A stretch of DNA of 64,000 bases from Methanobacteriota archaeon (GTDB lineage: Archaea > Thermoplasmatota > Poseidoniia > Poseidoniales > Poseidoniaceae). Under the pieces are notes generated by a model, which saw nothing but the letters and a program-made list of their open reading frames with translations, was not told the DNA's origin and searched no databases. The stretch is taken from assembly GCA_018659375.1 (NCBI GenBank), contig JABJMO010000063.1:1782-65781 (forward strand), written 5' to 3'. Every line of letters starts with the position of its first letter. Positions within the stretch are counted from its first letter, which is position 1. The position numbers and the translations under genes are program-made. Positions 39,673-49,393 of this stretch are shown here, piece by piece.

Positions 39673-42600
39673 TTAATCTTCGGATTCAAGTACTGAAACT
39701 AATGAAGATTGTTCAGCAATCCTCAATTTTGCTTCTTCTCTACGAGCCTTACCAACAAAGTAAACTACTCCCAGTAAAGATAGAGTTAGCATAATTACGA
39801 CAAATGGTAATGCTGTTTTGCCAATGACTTGGGATGCAACATCTAAGAATGGGCTAGGTGATTCCAATGGCTCAGAAACCGCTTTAACGTTATTCTTTTC
39901 ACTACCTTCAACAATCTGATTCATTGGGTCGACTACTACATAGATACCCTTACTTCCAGCAACTACTGGATATAGTAGATAGATTTCAATTTCTTTAACT
40001 TCCTCCGAGGCATCGGGGGCAAGTAGAGCACCAACAACTTGTCGCATAACAATACTGTCTTCTGCACAGCCATTATCTTGTATCTCATTGATGATCGATT
40101 GGCTATCAACATCATCATATTGACACAATACTATCTCGATATCGACTGCATGGGTATTACCCTTATTTTGTAGCACAATACCAATAGGAATAGTCGAATC
40201 TATTTCTGCACTATAATCGGATATGATTAATTCACTGATTACCAGATCTGGAGCTTTTAGACTCAACGTAACTACGAATTCATTACTGTCTAGGTTTTCT
40301 CCCTGCCAAGATGGGGAGGAATCGAAATCTCCTCCTTCAGTCATGTCTCCTGCCTTTGATACAACTTTCAATCCAACAACTCTAGTGTCTAATTTAGCCG
40401 TGGTTGATATTTTAACCACTGCAACCATTTCGATTGTTTGATATGGGGCCATTTTAGGCATCATGTAAACGAAACTATCGCCAGATGAGATTACTACACA
40501 GCGAGTTGAATCCTGTTCTTCCTCAAGAGCTCTGTAGAAGTTATCAATTTCTAACTGGCTAGCATCTGCTGCAGGCATTGGCGCATAAAACTCGATACAG
40601 GGTTCGTCTACTTCCAAATCATTGCTTATCTTCTTGATAGTTCGCCATTCGACAGACCAACCACTCAAAGCACCCATTCCGGGAAGTTCTGACCAAATTA
40701 AGGCGTTTCCTTCCTGTTGTGCAGTGTGATTATTCAAGGTCGGCCAATCTTCTACGTTACCGTTGTTGGTAATATTTACCGAGAAACTGACTATCTTGCC
40801 TGGTGCTGAAACTTTTACCGGGTTGTCAACTGATGGATCCATGTAAATTTCCATGTCATAAAATTCATTGACATAGACATAAAGGAAGTCTGAGTCCCTT
40901 TCTCTAGTCAATCTATTATCCTCGTTTGGATATGCTTCTTCGGATAGCGTTTGGAATTCTACAACGTACAGTCCTGCTGCAATATCAAATTCTGGAACAT
41001 TCATCAACACATCGAAGGTTTGGTCTGAATCTCTATCCAATTCCTCAAGACTTTCACGAGGAATAACGATATCCCAATGTCCAGTTCTAACAGGCACTCC
41101 TGTCGGGTCTGTCACTGTAGTTAGTCTGAAATCAAATCTATCAGGCCCGTTACCATTATTGATGGTAGTGGTTGGTAGAACTATATTCTCCCCAGGGTTG
41201 ACTGCTATTGCAGAAACAGGATTGCCGAATGAATCGGTAACTGTTACCAACCTATCTGGTTCTCGCTCGATATCGGTTTCAAGGCTATATTCATGAATTA
41301 CATTGATACTATACCTTGCTGAATCTGAGACTTTTTGGTATCCTTCTAAATTGGCCTGTAAGGTGACACTCTTAGAGCCGATGCTGGCATCTTCTGGAAC
41401 ACAAAGAGTAATTCTAACCATGTAGGTCTTGAATGTAGTACCTGGATCTAATTTCCACTCGATTGGAGTGCCAAGAGTTGCATCGCTTCCGCCAAGAGTT
41501 TGAGAGAAATCAACATCCACGACCCAGTTTGATTGTGCCCAAGTTGCCGCATCGATGTCATCTGGCTTTTCATCTGGAGCGCCCGGGGTGCTAAAGATTA
41601 GATTTCCAGACTCAAAGTTCTTGGTAACATCTTGTTCAAAGGTGTGACACTGTCCCGCCATTACCTCTTTTTCACTGTCCTCTGGAAGTAATTCTTCGAA
41701 GACAATGTTTCCTTCGGATTGTATGGATACGAAGATGCCTAGTTCAAGAATATCATAAGTTCCCTTGTCTACTGATTTAATGGGTTCGCCTTCTGACCAA
41801 CCCTTCAAGTAGATTACAAATGCACCCGGATCTTCTGTTGATGGGACCTTTACAGTGAGTATTTTGGTAGTTGATTTACCAGGATCAAGTTCAACACGTA
41901 GTGGGAAGGTGATCTCCCAGCCAAATGGTAGTAGCCATTCTTGTTGACCTTCCAGGGTATTTGGGTCCCAGAAAAGGAAACTGTCCTGAACGTTCCCCGT
42001 ATTAGTTATCGTAATCGAGAAGGTTGCTTGGCTTCCTTGTTCGATATCTTGTACACTTAGTGATGTATCTAGGCTTATTCCATGAACAACATCCACCAAG
42101 GTCAAAGTAGTCAAATCTGATCTTATAGCTGGATCTTTGTAGGACTTTGCAGTAACTACTATTTGCGCCAACTCATCTTCATTCGCTTGATAAATGGTTG
42201 GTGCTTGCACTCTTAGATAGAAATTAATGAATTCTCCACCTTTCAGATAAATTGGCGTAGTTGGAGTAATTTGGGTTTGATTGTTAGCAAAGAATAGTTG
42301 CACGGTCCAATTTGTTGGCACTCCTGAAACATTTATTCCATAAGTATCTGCAACTAAATCAATATCTCCAGGAGTTGAATTGTTCATTGTCATGTTGTAA
42401 AGTGTTTGTTCTCCTGGTTCAATAACATGGTAAAACGTTTCACCAAGAGCCAATTCTACATCCACTTGCCCGGTTAGAACATGTGAGTAGCAGATGGTAA
42501 ATGCACCATTTTGCTCATCATTACATTTGTTTCTATCCGACCAGCCAACGTGAGCCCCGCTGCCTAAATCATTGGCAAATGCAGGAGGTATTCCGATCTC

Positions 42601-44817
42601 TGGTCTACCTCCTGTATCCGTGCCTAACTTATTGCTAGCCCATGAGGTAATTGAGACAATATCCCATGGGTCAAGAGCAAACTCTCCCAGTCCAGTAAGG
42701 TCTGTCTGATTCAATCTAGTATACTGTACCTCTTCCCCGGCAGTAACATTCCCAGAATCTACCCATGCAAGATGAACATTGTTCTGATCGTCTGTTAGCA
42801 AGGACGGATATATCGAATGTCCAGACCACGGACGATTAGCCGCCAAACCGGATAAACCTTCAACATTCGAGATAGGAGTGTCTTCTATTTTCTTTATTGC
42901 ATAAGTAGAGAGACCTTCTTCAGCACCGTCAAATGCTCCAGCACCCTGTAATCGAAGTTTTGTGTAATATACCTCATAATTGGCAGACTTTTCAAAACCA
43001 TAATCTCTTCCATCCATCCAAGCAATGTGTGTGTTACCTTGCATATCAACACCAATTGAGGGATGGAAAGAGTATGCATCATCAATAGTGACTCGTGTGT
43101 CATTAACTACTACAAGATGGCCTTCTTCCGCTGAACCAGTATCTTCGATATAATTACCATTGACAACGCTGTGACCAGTTGCTCCTGGAGTCCAAGTTAT
43201 GTCGTTTTCCATCTTAGCGTAAGGGTCTAATACGGTCATGTAGATTTCTCTAGAATTATTTGTTGCAACGAAAACCATTGCTTCTACTAGTTGGGCCATA
43301 TTGTTAGAGCCTCCTGAAGGGAACTCATACGCCTGTCCTCCAGCATTTACCGTACTAGGATTGTTTGACGGGTCTGAGCCAGGGCAATTTCTCGCTTGAG
43401 TTGATACGACACCGTTTGGACATTTTGCTAAATCTAGGAAGTGAGACTGTACCGCGGCATTGCCACTACCGTAGCCTTGACCATAAAGACCAATTGGGAT
43501 CACTCCAGCCTTGACGCAATTATCGTGAGCTTCATCTATTGAATTAATATCATCTGCTTGTTGAGCAGGGTCGCCATCTTTAGGTCCTTCATCTGAAACA
43601 GGTAATACGAGCTTTGTTGCATTTGGATTCCATTTATGATCTGCCGATGTTGGGGGATCTCCCGGTACGTTCCCGCCGGCATCTTTCCAAGATAGGCAAG
43701 CCCAGTTTGTTCCCGGACCCCAGTCTTCTCCTGAGCTGCCAGAATATGGATTGCCGTTGTAGATGGTATTGCCTAGGGACCTTATTCCGCCAGAATCATC
43801 GCCATCGCCAAGAGCCGTTGACCTTGGCCCGGCATTTTGATTGAATCCCGCGCAGTCTCCGCTGTCAGCAGCACTTGGAAGACCAAAACCGCCATCTAGG
43901 CCGTAAATTGTTTCATAGACGGTCATATTGGCAACTTCGAGTAATGGTTTTATGCCCTCAAATGAAGAGCCATCGGAAAAAGTCCCGCCGTAAATTACCG
44001 TGCATACATCTGCCCATTCCGAATACATAGAACCGGAGGTGTCAATCACGAAAACCAATTCTACTTTACCGCCTCGTGTGTCGTCCCAAACGATTTGCAC
44101 TTGGTCGTTAGCATCAACAACAATGTCTGGATGTCCTTTGTGCCCAATGATTGGCGTAATCAATGTATCATCAAACAATACGATGATGTTGTTAGTGACA
44201 AAATCAGGCTGAATCATGCTGTAGTAGATTTGTGGTTGATTAAAATATTTTTCATCTACCGCGTATTCATCTTGCCATGCGATGTGAATATTGCCCTGGG
44301 AGTCAACGTCAATAGATGCCCAATCTCGATCTTGCGCTCTTTGAGAAATTACGGTATCATCAATACCTGTTATTGAATTATCAGTGGAAGATTGTCCGTT
44401 GAACGGCTGAATTTTGTATGGGCTAAGAGCAGTATACATGATTTTGTGAGTGCCTGATTTGTCGGTCCATACAATGTGTATATTGTCATCTTCATCGGCT
44501 ACCACATCGGGGTGCCAAACTTTGTGGATTCCTGCATTGGTAATCTGAGTTGCGTCAATCAGTGTTTCTCCGTTACTAGCAACCATCGAATAGTAGAGGT
44601 GCAGGTTATTCCTTGCCCATATAATGTGAACATTGCCTTGACTATCTCCGACTATGGCTGTTTGCGTATCAGATGCGGAACCACCATCAACAATTTGCTG
44701 AGGTTCAGTAATTACCACCGTGTTGGCTTCAGCAAAATCGCTCGCTACTACCATTCCTGAAAGGGCCGAAAGTAGCATAATTGTTACTAGACTGATTGAT
44801 TTGAATGTTTGACTCAT
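39673..44817 (-). CDS. Large cell-surface protein: propeller with inserted vWA, Ig-like/CARDB stalk, C-terminal TM
   Basis: Signal peptide; seven 'D..GN.HI.W' repeats; MIDAS FVIDTSGSM; 'ITNTGN..D' Ig-like repeats; APDLVI..VDP.N.I.E..E.NN CARDB motif; TM helix. Confidence 0.85.
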   Translation of the reverse strand: MSQTFKSISLVTIMLLSALSGMVVASDFAEANTVVITEPQQIVDGGSASDTQTAIVGDSQGNVHIIWARNNLHLYYSMVASNGETLIDATQITNAGIHKVWHPDVVADEDDNIHIVWTDKSGTHKIMYTALSPYKIQPFNGQSSTDNSITGIDDTVISQRAQDRDWASIDVDSQGNIHIAWQDEYAVDEKYFNQPQIYYSMIQPDFVTNNIIVLFDDTLITPIIGHKGHPDIVVDANDQVQIVWDDTRGGKVELVFVIDTSGSMYSEWADVCTVIYGGTFSDGSSFEGIKPLLEVANMTVYETIYGLDGGFGLPSAADSGDCAGFNQNAGPRSTALGDGDDSGGIRSLGNTIYNGNPYSGSSGEDWGPGTNWACLSWKDAGGNVPGDPPTSADHKWNPNATKLVLPVSDEGPKDGDPAQQADDINSIDEAHDNCVKAGVIPIGLYGQGYGSGNAAVQSHFLDLAKCPNGVVSTQARNCPGSDPSNNPSTVNAGGQAYEFPSGGSNNMAQLVEAMVFVATNNSREIYMTVLDPYAKMENDITWTPGATGHSVVNGNYIEDTGSAEEGHLVVVNDTRVTIDDAYSFHPSIGVDMQGNTHIAWMDGRDYGFEKSANYEVYYTKLRLQGAGAFDGAEEGLSTYAIKKIEDTPISNVEGLSGLAANRPWSGHSIYPSLLTDDQNNVHLAWVDSGNVTAGEEVQYTRLNQTDLTGLGEFALDPWDIVSITSWASNKLGTDTGGRPEIGIPPAFANDLGSGAHVGWSDRNKCNDEQNGAFTICYSHVLTGQVDVELALGETFYHVIEPGEQTLYNMTMNNSTPGDIDLVADTYGINVSGVPTNWTVQLFFANNQTQITPTTPIYLKGGEFINFYLRVQAPTIYQANEDELAQIVVTAKSYKDPAIRSDLTTLTLVDVVHGISLDTSLSVQDIEQGSQATFSITITNTGNVQDSFLFWDPNTLEGQQEWLLPFGWEITFPLRVELDPGKSTTKILTVKVPSTEDPGAFVIYLKGWSEGEPIKSVDKGTYDILELGIFVSIQSEGNIVFEELLPEDSEKEVMAGQCHTFEQDVTKNFESGNLIFSTPGAPDEKPDDIDAATWAQSNWVVDVDFSQTLGGSDATLGTPIEWKLDPGTTFKTYMVRITLCVPEDASIGSKSVTLQANLEGYQKVSDSARYSINVIHEYSLETDIEREPDRLVTVTDSFGNPVSAIAVNPGENIVLPTTTINNGNGPDRFDFRLTTVTDPTGVPVRTGHWDIVIPRESLEELDRDSDQTFDVLMNVPEFDIAAGLYVVEFQTLSEEAYPNEDNRLTRERDSDFLYVYVNEFYDMEIYMDPSVDNPVKVSAPGKIVSFSVNITNNGNVEDWPTLNNHTAQQEGNALIWSELPGMGALSGWSVEWRTIKKISNDLEVDEPCIEFYAPMPAADASQLEIDNFYRALEEEQDSTRCVVISSGDSFVYMMPKMAPYQTIEMVAVVKISTTAKLDTRVVGLKVVSKAGDMTEGGDFDSSPSWQGENLDSNEFVVTLSLKAPDLVISELIISDYSAEIDSTIPIGIVLQNKGNTHAVDIEIVLCQYDDVDSQSIINEIQDNGCAEDSIVMRQVVGALLAPDASEEVKEIEIYLLYPVVAGSKGIYVVVDPMNQIVEGSEKNNVKAVSEPLESPSPFLDVASQVIGKTALPFVVIMLTLSLLGVVYFVGKARREEAKLRIAEQSSLVSVLESED

Positions 44818-44903
44818 GGATAACCCTCGCTTATAGCGTATTTATCCATGTCCTCTTCATACTTAACTGCGACCCATTCAGGTCAGTTTTGAGGGACTCT
44901 AAA

Positions 44904-45551
44904 TTAAGCCCATTCTGATGGGTCAAAACTAGTGCCAAAGGACATTTTTTCATCAAATTCAATTTCAGGACTTTCTGCTTCGGTTTGAGTAATGTCGATG
45001 TTGTTTAATCGTTCTTTTTGTGCTGCCTCGCGATTTTCCCAATCATCAACAGGGCCGGGTTTGCCAACCCCTGGGCCGTATGAATATTTTATTTCATGAA
45101 TTATTCCTAGTTTGGCTAGCCAAAGACGCCTTAATGAGTGCATAAATTCATGCTTTGTTATTCCATCAAACCATATTGGCAAACTAACATTGAATGCTTG
45201 AAGAGGTCCTGGTTTCTTATTGGCGTCATGCCCCATGTGAATTCCCCAGTCTACCGAGGAGCTGATTAACTGAAGGCGGGCTTCGTGAATCCATTCAGAC
45301 CAGCCATCGTTATCATCTTTCATGTGGTTTTTCATCTCCTCTTGCTGGCCTTTATCTACTCTAGTCATACTAGAAATAGCAATCAAGTCGCGGTTTTTTG
45401 GAATAACTACTGCAAACATATGTCCTTGCTTTCCTTGTGGATATTTTATCAAAATATGAGCGTGCGCTCGCCCATCAGGTTGTTCTTTGACAAAGAGCCT
45501 CTCCTCACCTAACCACTTCCTTACCATGGACACTATCTCGGTTGGAGTCAC
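44904..45551 (-). CDS. Conserved archaeal protein (DUF2299-like)
   Basis: 'VRKWLGEE' start, 'IWFDGITKHEFM' motif. Confidence 0.6.
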   Translation of the reverse strand: MTPTEIVSMVRKWLGEERLFVKEQPDGRAHAHILIKYPQGKQGHMFAVVIPKNRDLIAISSMTRVDKGQQEEMKNHMKDDNDGWSEWIHEARLQLISSSVDWGIHMGHDANKKPGPLQAFNVSLPIWFDGITKHEFMHSLRRLWLAKLGIIHEIKYSYGPGVGKPGPVDDWENREAAQKERLNNIDITQTEAESPEIEFDEKMSFGTSFDPSEWA

Positions 45552-45594
45552 ATCTCAAGCGAGAAACTCATCTCGTTTCAATTATGCCCATGAT

Positions 45595-47229
45595 TCAATC
45601 GAAATCTGCTAGTTCAACTTTTATTTTACCTAACAGAGAAACAAGTTCTTGTTTATCGGAGTTGGAGAATCTAACCCTACGATAAGAGCCCCTGAGATCA
45701 ACATAATCGTCCCAAACCAAAGAAAATAATCTTCCAGTTAGTAAAGAGACAGGGAACATCAACAACCACAGAATTCCAATTGCAGACCATACTGCAATAT
45801 TTCCTTGGCCAAGAGCCGTGGTCCAGTCAAATCCAACCATGGTGTCAATCTCACCCGATTGCCAAAACAGTAAGGCGACCATAATGGTCGATGAAATTGG
45901 CCAAATCGTAATTGAGCCAAACATAGCCGCTAAGAATTGATATGATGTTCTAGCATCGATTCCCTCATCAGTCGAATCTCCCAGAATTCTACCGAGGGCA
46001 ATTTGCGGCAGCAAAGACAGTAGAAACACCGGAGAAAGAAGGACAAATAATGCAATTCTAGAAATGGCTAACGGAGTTTTGATTAATTTCGCCCTTCGCA
46101 AACCGGATGATTGGTCGTTCAAGTCCCTCCCATCTAGGCCATTATTATGTAAAATATCAGCTGCTTGTTCGGCTTTTTCTACTAATGGATGGGTAATCTT
46201 AGGCGGTTGTAAGTTGTCAGCCTCTAATGACCGGTTTTCGTCGGAAAAATGCTTCCTAAAGTGGCGTGCTAACTTTACTTCATGGCTCCAAGAGTTAGGA
46301 GCGTTGCCATCAAGCCTTCCCTTTATATGACCGAGAAGTTGTAACCCGCGATACTCTTCCCATGAATTAACATCCGGGCTAAGCGGTACTAATTTATCCC
46401 TTAGATTATCACGAAGACGAAATACTGATTCTGCTGGTGGTTCTGACCAAGTGCCACCTCTAACTGCTTCTATCAAATTGTCCGGAATATCTTCGCTGTC
46501 AACCTGAATTGGCTTGCCGTACTCGACCCATACGTCTGTTCTGAAGTGTTCTTTTTGCCTAAAATGAAGGCCTAATGGAATCAATACTGGCAATGGTTTG
46601 TCCGAAGTTGCAGCCAGAGCCCCAGCGGCCAAAACTGTCCTCATCGGCCCAGTGCGAAATCTAAGCATGTAGGAATTGTTGTGGCTCGTTCCCTCAGGGA
46701 ATAATACGCACCCATAGCCATTAGCAATTCCCGAGGCTAGAGTCATCAATGAACGTCCGTTGAGGAAATTTGCCTCTTCCTCTGTACAACCACCTCGAAG
46801 TAATTCCGCTTTCCTAACTACTGGTTGTACCGCCATTCTCCTAGTCCACCAGCCAAGCATTGGCCGAGTTACTAAGTCATGACGAGCCCCTAACACAAAA
46901 TATCTAGGGTGATTAAGTGTTATTTGTAAGGCGTCAAGCACTCCGTTGGTGTGCCAAGCACAACACAGCGAACCTCTGTCTGTTGGAATATTTTCAATGC
47001 CTGACGCTTCAAGTGAACGAAATTGTACATTACTTATTCTATTACAAATCCAATAAATTAGTTTAGTCCAAAAATAAGAACCCGGCGTTTCCCCTTCAAA
47101 AGATGGCATTGGAGTAGTCAATAATTTATCCATCTTCATATTTTTAGCTGATTTTGATAGATAAGGTAAGGCATCACCACGTTGGTCTAATACTCCATCG
47201 TTCATATCTTCTGGATCTGGATGCTTCAT
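45595..47229 (-). CDS. Glycerol-phosphate/lysophospholipid acyltransferase (LPLAT superfamily)
   Basis: GIENIP, WHTNGVLD, PVVR, LFPEGTSH, FRTG, FRTDVWVEYG, C-terminal TM helices. Confidence 0.88.
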   Translation of the reverse strand: MKHPDPEDMNDGVLDQRGDALPYLSKSAKNMKMDKLLTTPMPSFEGETPGSYFWTKLIYWICNRISNVQFRSLEASGIENIPTDRGSLCCAWHTNGVLDALQITLNHPRYFVLGARHDLVTRPMLGWWTRRMAVQPVVRKAELLRGGCTEEEANFLNGRSLMTLASGIANGYGCVLFPEGTSHNNSYMLRFRTGPMRTVLAAGALAATSDKPLPVLIPLGLHFRQKEHFRTDVWVEYGKPIQVDSEDIPDNLIEAVRGGTWSEPPAESVFRLRDNLRDKLVPLSPDVNSWEEYRGLQLLGHIKGRLDGNAPNSWSHEVKLARHFRKHFSDENRSLEADNLQPPKITHPLVEKAEQAADILHNNGLDGRDLNDQSSGLRRAKLIKTPLAISRIALFVLLSPVFLLSLLPQIALGRILGDSTDEGIDARTSYQFLAAMFGSITIWPISSTIMVALLFWQSGEIDTMVGFDWTTALGQGNIAVWSAIGILWLLMFPVSLLTGRLFSLVWDDYVDLRGSYRRVRFSNSDKQELVSLLGKIKVELADFD

Positions 47230-47663
47230 GAAGTCAACTCCGCAACATGTTCAGAAATTTTCGCAAGGTTGGCGTAATCTGGTTCGCCAACAGGCTTTGT
47301 TTTTGGCCACATGGACATCAATGTCAAACCTCCGTCCCCCTTTGTTCTAGGTATTACATGTACATGTACATGAGGTACTTCTTGGCCGGCAAGTGGCCCA
47401 TCATGTATACAGATAGTGAAATCTCGAGTCGAGAATATTTTACCTAACTTTTGTTGCGCGTCTTTTACTCCTGAAAATAATCCTGCTATTTCTTGGTCAC
47501 TAAGTTGTGACAGACGGTTTACTGCCTTGTGAGGTACCACTAGTGTATGCCCTTCCCGTCGTGGGAAAATATCTAGAAAAGCATACCAGTTATTACCGCG
47601 ACCAATCTCATGAGATGGAAGTTCTCCCGACAGGATTTTTTCGAATAATGTTTGGTCGCTCAT
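47226..47663 (-). CDS. HIT family nucleotide hydrolase
   Basis: TLFEKI, AFLDIFP..GHTLVVP, GQEVPHVHVHVIPR. Confidence 0.93.
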   Translation of the reverse strand: MSDQTLFEKILSGELPSHEIGRGNNWYAFLDIFPRREGHTLVVPHKAVNRLSQLSDQEIAGLFSGVKDAQQKLGKIFSTRDFTICIHDGPLAGQEVPHVHVHVIPRTKGDGGLTLMSMWPKTKPVGEPDYANLAKISEHVAELTS

Positions 47664-47694
47664 ACCTATGCTAGTACAACTCAGTTTTTGTTTT

Positions 47695-49314
47695 TCACTG
47701 AGGTGCGAGCACCCAATTGTCTTTCTGGCCCTTCCTTACTGCAAGAGTCCCAATATTGCCTTCATTATCAACGGTAATATGGTGGATTAACTCAGGATTT
47801 TCGTCTTTGAAGTCGGCTCTATTGTGTACTCCACGCGACTCATTTCTAGCCATTGAAGCACGAATTGAACAAGTGAGTAATCTAATACCTGCTTGTATTC
47901 GAGTCTTGGCGACAAAGTTGGTATTTGCAATTAGTGAGGTTTGGTCTAAGTAGATAGACTGCGCTAATTCTGCGGCTTTGGTTAATTCTTCTAAGTAGTT
48001 AGATAATTCTTCGGCGCTGTTGGGGCTTGAAGTGAATTTAGTTGCAACGTCAAGAAGCGTTGAATCAATTGAGCCTATTCTTCTTACAGTCTCAGCAGAT
48101 TCCTCATCTCCTGTTATGTGATGATTGTCAATACAGCGTTGTAATGCTAGGACCAGGTTTTCGGTGTTAGCAAAGGGTTGTGACTTAACCCATTCAGATG
48201 CATGAGCCCCAGCATTGTTCCCGCCAGACAAACTGTCTAGTAGTCTATTTCCTGGAAGTGTTCCAGCTCCATTTAATCCAGAACATGAGGATTCTCCTGC
48301 TGCATAGAGTCCAGTAAACCATCTTGACCAACTTCCAACAACAGCTCTGCCGTGTTCATCTGTTGGAATTCCTCCGATAGTTTGCTCTACTCTATTTTCA
48401 AGCCCTACTGTGAATTTGTCCATGTCAACGCCTGTAGCGCTTTTTACCGTTCTAAAAACTGAGTTCCACCATACTTTGTTGTCTCCCATGTCACGTCCAT
48501 CTAAAACAGCCGGGCCTGCTTCTAATACGGTTTCACAGAGTTCGGCCATTGAATCCGCCGAAAAAGTGTCGCCGGAGGCGTTGCAAAGACTTGCTCCATA
48601 CCCAAGTATTGAAGATGATATGGTTAGTTTTGAGTTTGCCACACCTAACGGAGTTTTAGCAATAAATTCCATGCCCCTCAATGGCATGCCAGCCTGTAAA
48701 GCTAGATCCATTCCAAAACCAATAGCAGTTCCTTGGAAGAGTCCTTCAAAGCCGCCATCGGCAATAATCACTGCCTTTGTTTGTATCGCAACGAATTGTC
48801 CATTTATCATGTCTAGGGTTACCAAACCATCGACTTTTTGATTGGTTTCTACCAGCATTACAGGCAATTGGTCGCTGCGCCTTACCACGCCATATTTCAT
48901 GCATTGTTCTTCCAAAACTTGCTGTATGTCACGAATCGATGCGTCGCCTGCATCTACCAGCCTAGGGCTATTATGCCCTATTCCTTTGTGAGTTGAGGGG
49001 AGCCCCTTAGAGTCTCTACTGAATACAACCCCGGCTTTCTCTAAATGGTTCATTTCGTCTATTGCGCTACTTGTCTTACTGGCAACAATATCTTGGTCAC
49101 ACAGAAAGTATCCAGATTTGATGGTGTCTTCGCGATGCCCTCGGTTGTTCATTTCCTGAATTGATGCCGCGAGTCCATCTAGGGCTGATTTATCGCCACT
49201 GCCCAGAGCAGATGAAGAAATTAGTAGAGTTTTAGCCCCATGTTTGGCGGATTGTGCCGCAGAACGCAGTGCTGCGGGACCATCGCCGATTACAAGAATA
49301 TCCCATGCTTCCAT
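47695..49314 (-). CDS. SdhA/FrdA/NadB-family flavoprotein homolog with divergent active site
   Basis: DILVIGDG, DTIKSG..CDQD, TKAVIIADGG, GLYAAGE, ARNESRGVH. Confidence 0.8.
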   Translation of the reverse strand: MEAWDILVIGDGPAALRSAAQSAKHGAKTLLISSSALGSGDKSALDGLAASIQEMNNRGHREDTIKSGYFLCDQDIVASKTSSAIDEMNHLEKAGVVFSRDSKGLPSTHKGIGHNSPRLVDAGDASIRDIQQVLEEQCMKYGVVRRSDQLPVMLVETNQKVDGLVTLDMINGQFVAIQTKAVIIADGGFEGLFQGTAIGFGMDLALQAGMPLRGMEFIAKTPLGVANSKLTISSSILGYGASLCNASGDTFSADSMAELCETVLEAGPAVLDGRDMGDNKVWWNSVFRTVKSATGVDMDKFTVGLENRVEQTIGGIPTDEHGRAVVGSWSRWFTGLYAAGESSCSGLNGAGTLPGNRLLDSLSGGNNAGAHASEWVKSQPFANTENLVLALQRCIDNHHITGDEESAETVRRIGSIDSTLLDVATKFTSSPNSAEELSNYLEELTKAAELAQSIYLDQTSLIANTNFVAKTRIQAGIRLLTCSIRASMARNESRGVHNRADFKDENPELIHHITVDNEGNIGTLAVRKGQKDNWVLAPQ

Positions 49315-49393
49315 AGTTCATCACCCGGTAATCAATCCGAGGAGTGACTGGGAAATAAGCAAACCGCATGAACCAAAAAAAAAGTCTCCTTGG

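Noticed and set aside
47695..49314. Calling this gene nadB because nadC is in the window, or sdhA
   Set aside because: The catalytic His/Arg motifs shared by both enzymes are missing, so no gene symbol was assigned.
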